This document shows, in pieces, positions 60,461 through 64,000 of a DNA stretch of 64,000 nt. The DNA is from the human T2T-CHM13v2.0 reference genome, Homo sapiens. The notes under the pieces were generated by a model. That model worked only from the letters and a program-made list of their open reading frames with translations. It was not told the DNA's origin and made no database searches. How positions within the stretch are numbered: the first letter of the stretch is position 1; each line of letters opens with the position of its first letter. Location: assembly GCF_009914755.1 (NCBI RefSeq), contig NC_060925.1. The stretch is one strand, 5' to 3'. Made by a program: the position numbers and the translations under genes.

Positions 60461-60529
60461 ATTGATATGCCAATGAGCACTGTGCATCTGTAAGATGAGA
60501 ATATCCTGTGAAATGTTTCTTGCGCACAT
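60461..60529 (-). CDS. RGS5: Candidate alternative upstream RGS5 first coding exon (MCARNISQDILILQMHSAHWHIN)
   Basis: TGA AAA ATG TGC ... AAT|gtatgt: 69 nt, open frame, phase-0 donor compatible with the 35-nt exon, A at -3, in-frame upstream stop. Confidence 0.55.
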
Positions 60530-61089
60530 TTTTCACTGAGGTTTTGTTTCTTTGTTTTGTCAGACACTTCTTTCCTGGGCTAGTGTTCCTTAGAATTTGT
60601 TTTGGGAAACAATGCTGAGAGAAGAGCAGAGAACTTGGAACCTTGATGACATTGTTGAGCTACTGACTAAAAGTATCCTGAACCTGAATTCTACCATTGT
60701 GCGAAACTTCTGATATGTGGTTTATTAAATCTTCTTATTGGTTAACACTGTTTGAATTGGGATTTATATTATTTGGAATGTAAACTAACAGAGAGAAAAT
60801 TGGTACGCAGATTACGGTACTGTGAGTAACAGATTTTAAATTGCAGAACTGATTGGACGCAAGAGGTAGGACATGGAGCCATGAGGAACCCACTATTTAT
60901 AATGTGGATTTGTGTTGACCATTTATCATGCCTGGAATAGAGACAAGCTTGGGCTAAAAGTGACCTGCCTGAAAAAAAAAAAAATTGTGTAATATGGCTT
61001 TGCCATATCCTGCAGCCCAAGTGAACTAAGTGTCTGGTAATTTGGAGCTATGCAGGTTTGAAAAGCTGAGTATGACCCATGAGTTCTTC

Positions 61090-61655
61090 ATCAGGGCTCC
61101 ATGTGTCTCAGGTGATTTGAGAGACGGTTGATAAAATTGAAAGCATATGTGAACTTGAATGAGGGAAAAATGATATCTTTCTTTTCATTAACCTCTAACT
61201 GAAATTTAGCATTTCCTATAATTATAAATATAGAACCAACAAACCCACAGATGGATATTTGTAATTTGTCACCAATAGAATTCACAGATATTTTTGTATC
61301 ACATTATAGTTGTTACAAATATCTTAAAATATCATTTACATTCAAAACTAATTTTTAAATTTTAGTAGATCCACTGTTAGATATTAATTTTGTATATCTT
61401 AAATATTAATTTACATGAATTACAGACACCTATATTACATCATGTGTTTTTAATAGTTTCACAACTATATTTCAATTTATTTTTTTCTGTGCATTATGCA
61501 TTTTATTTTATGCAAAATAAAATATGTAAAAATAAAAATAAAAAATAGAGAAAATAGTAAAAAAAAATTTATGTAAAAATATTCTGAGAAAGAGTCTACA
61601 GGCTTCACCTACGTTCCCCAAGTGTCTGTGGCATAAAAAAGGTTAGGAAACTTTA
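61090..61655. mobile_element. MER113-like hAT-Charlie element
   Basis: taacctctaactgaaatttagcatttcc core; AT-rich body. Confidence 0.6.
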
Positions 61656-62039
61656 CCCAAGGTAAAATTAGTGAGAGAAACTATGGGAAAATAGGAGATT
61701 AAGGAATGGGATTATGGTAAAAGACAAACAGATTGCCTCAGGATATTCTCCAGCATTTCCTAAGAAGTGTTCTCTACCTGACAAAAGGAAGAAATGTATG
61801 TATTGTGAAGATATAACTTGGAAACAGCTGGGGATCAAGAAGCAGATTATGGTAGTGCTTCTACACCCAAACTATTGTCTATAATTGCGTGAGGGCCAGA
61901 GGGATGGGCTGGAGTCAAAGCTTGTTGCTGGGAGACTGGAATTCTCAAACTCAATGACTCTTACCTGGATAGAATTTACGGCTCTCAGTAAAGAAAATAG
62001 ATCAGCATTTCACTACATTTTTATTATATTTTATGTATT

Positions 62040-63230
62040 TGTCTTACTCTTTATCGAGGTGTAATATGCATACAAAAAAGTATTACAAGTGGAGAGCTCT
62101 ACGGATTTTCACAAATTTAACACACTCGTACAACCAGCACCCAGATTAAGAAACAGCACTAAGAGCACCCCAGAAGCCCTGCCTGTTCTCCCTCTTTGTC
62201 CTATTCCCGTAGTATGTTGACTGTAAAAAAGCATAGTTTAGTTTTGCTGGTCCTGGTTATTTTCATATAAATGGTATCATATAGGATGTACTCTTTTGTG
62301 TCAGGCCTCTTCATGAAGCTTGGGAAACTAATCCATACTTTTGCATCTTGTAGTTCTTTCATTTTAATTGTTGTATAAGCAGAGATTATAAAAAATGTGA
62401 TCTGGGGACTCCTGAGGTTCCTGCAACCTTTTCCAGTGTGTTCACAAGATCTAAACCATTTTTATAAAATGGTAATATATAATATGTCTCTTCATTCTAA
62501 TTCTCTCATGAGTGTACAGTGGAGTTGTCCAGAGGCTACATGATATGTAGATGATGTTCATGCATTCCTGTTTTCAAAATTTTCTCAGTTTTAATTTCCA
62601 ATATAATACATGCTATAGATATAACAAAATATAAAATATAAAAACAAAAGTTCCTTGGGTTCTGCAATAATTTTTTAAAAAGTAAAATGTCCTGAGGCCA
62701 AAAAGCTTGAAAATCATTACTGTAATTTTGTAACTATACCACAATTTATTTTTCATTACATTGTTGATAAGCATTGAGTTTTTCTAATTTTTGGCTATCA
62801 TGAATACTGCTTCTATGAATGTGTCTTTTGGTGAACATATGGACTCATTTCTGTTGGCTACATATACCTAGGATTGGTATTGCTGGGACATGGAGTATAT
62901 ATTTGGTTTCTAGTAGATACCGCCAGTTTTTCAGAATGCCTGAACCAATTTACATTCCCATCAGCAATCTATAAAACTTTCACTTGTTCTACATTCTAAT
63001 CAACACTAGATACTGTTTATAATTTTAGCTATTCTTTTGCTTGTTTAGTGGTATTATATCAGAGTTTTAATTTGCATTTCTCTGAAACAAGTGAAGTTGA
63101 GCTCCTTTATATGTACATATTGACCATTTAAATATTCTTTTGTAAATTGTTCAATTATTCTCTATGTTTTTCTACTGGGTTGTGTACCTTTTTCTTATTG
63201 AGTTGTAGGAGTTCTTTTCCTTTTTAAATG
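62040..63230 (-). mobile_element. Old L1M 3' region interrupted by a hAT-Charlie fragment (about 62380-62720)
   Basis: caatttacattcccatcagcaat and gttttaatttgcatttctctga reverse-L1 motifs. Confidence 0.6.
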
Positions 63231-63549
63231 TTTTTTTCTGCATCCATTAAAATAATCACATGTTTTTCTCTCAATATCGATATAACACTCATCCAATCCA
63301 CAGACTCCATTCAAATTTTACTAAGTATCCAAACTTTCTATTTCAGAATCACGTGTGTGTTGCACTTAGTCATCATATTTTATGAATCTCCTTCAATCTG
63401 CAATAGCTCCTCTTTTCCTCTCTTTTACATCTTTGACAGTTTCAAAAAGTCTAGCTCTTTGATTCTTTACGGTGACTTTCAAACTTAGTCCATCTGATAT
63501 TTCCACAGGACCAATTCTATAACAAGCCACAGAATTGATGCTGTGCTCT

Positions 63550-63997
63550 TGTGGTAGTCTGAATAATGCCCCCCTCCCTCAAAGATGTCCATGTCCTAGT
63601 TCAAAGAACCTGTAAACATGTCACCTTTTATGGTAAAAGGGATTCTGCAAAGGTGATTAAGTTAAGAATAAGAATCTTGAGATGGGGAAATTAACCTGGA
63701 TTATCTCAGTGGGCCCAATGTCATCACAAGGTCCTTACAAGAGGAAGGCAGGAGGATCAGAATTAGGAGAAGGAGATCTGATGATGGAAGTAAAACTTTG
63801 GAGTGGTGCAAGGAAGGGGTCATGGAAAGCAAGGAGCCTTTAGAAGCTGAAAAAGTCCAGTAATCACTCTTCTCAATGCCTCTGAAAGGAACACAGCCCT
63901 GTTGTGACATTCACTTTAGACTTCTGAGAATAAATCTGTGTTGTTTCAGGCACTAAGTTTGTGGTAATTTGTTATAGCAATAGTAGGAAGCTAATAG
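63550..63997 (+). mobile_element. MaLR LTR (MLT1D-like)
   Basis: tgtggtagtctgaataatgcccc...aagtttgtggtaatttgttatagca. Confidence 0.85.
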
Positions 63998-64000
63998 GTT

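Overview
Human (or great-ape) genomic DNA from the RGS5 locus (human chr1q23.3). RGS5 runs on the minus strand: a TATA-type promoter and exon 1 (ATG at 45763), exon 2 (11159-11269) and exon 3 (4812-4873) splice in frame to give the first 72 residues of RGS5. The remaining exons lie beyond the left edge. Much of the rest is transposon fossils: Alu, L1, L2, MIR, hAT-Charlie, MaLR, a MER11 solo LTR and a decayed MER21/ERVL composite at about 30.3-35.4 kb. Most ORFs in the supplied track are repeat-derived noise. I see no new prokaryote-style system. The most interesting signals are: (1) an upstream exon (60461-60529, apparently transposon-derived) and a 35-nt intronic exon (15459-15493) that together give RGS5 an alternative N-terminus that also starts Met-Cys; the 35-nt exon becomes a frameshifting poison exon with a TGATG stop/start overlap when joined to canonical exon 1; (2) plus-strand splice signals for an antisense RNA covering exon 3; (3) several local copy events, including an exact 33-bp templated insertion. 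Repeat subfamily calls come from recalled consensus sequences, and boundaries without target-site duplications (TSDs) are approximate.
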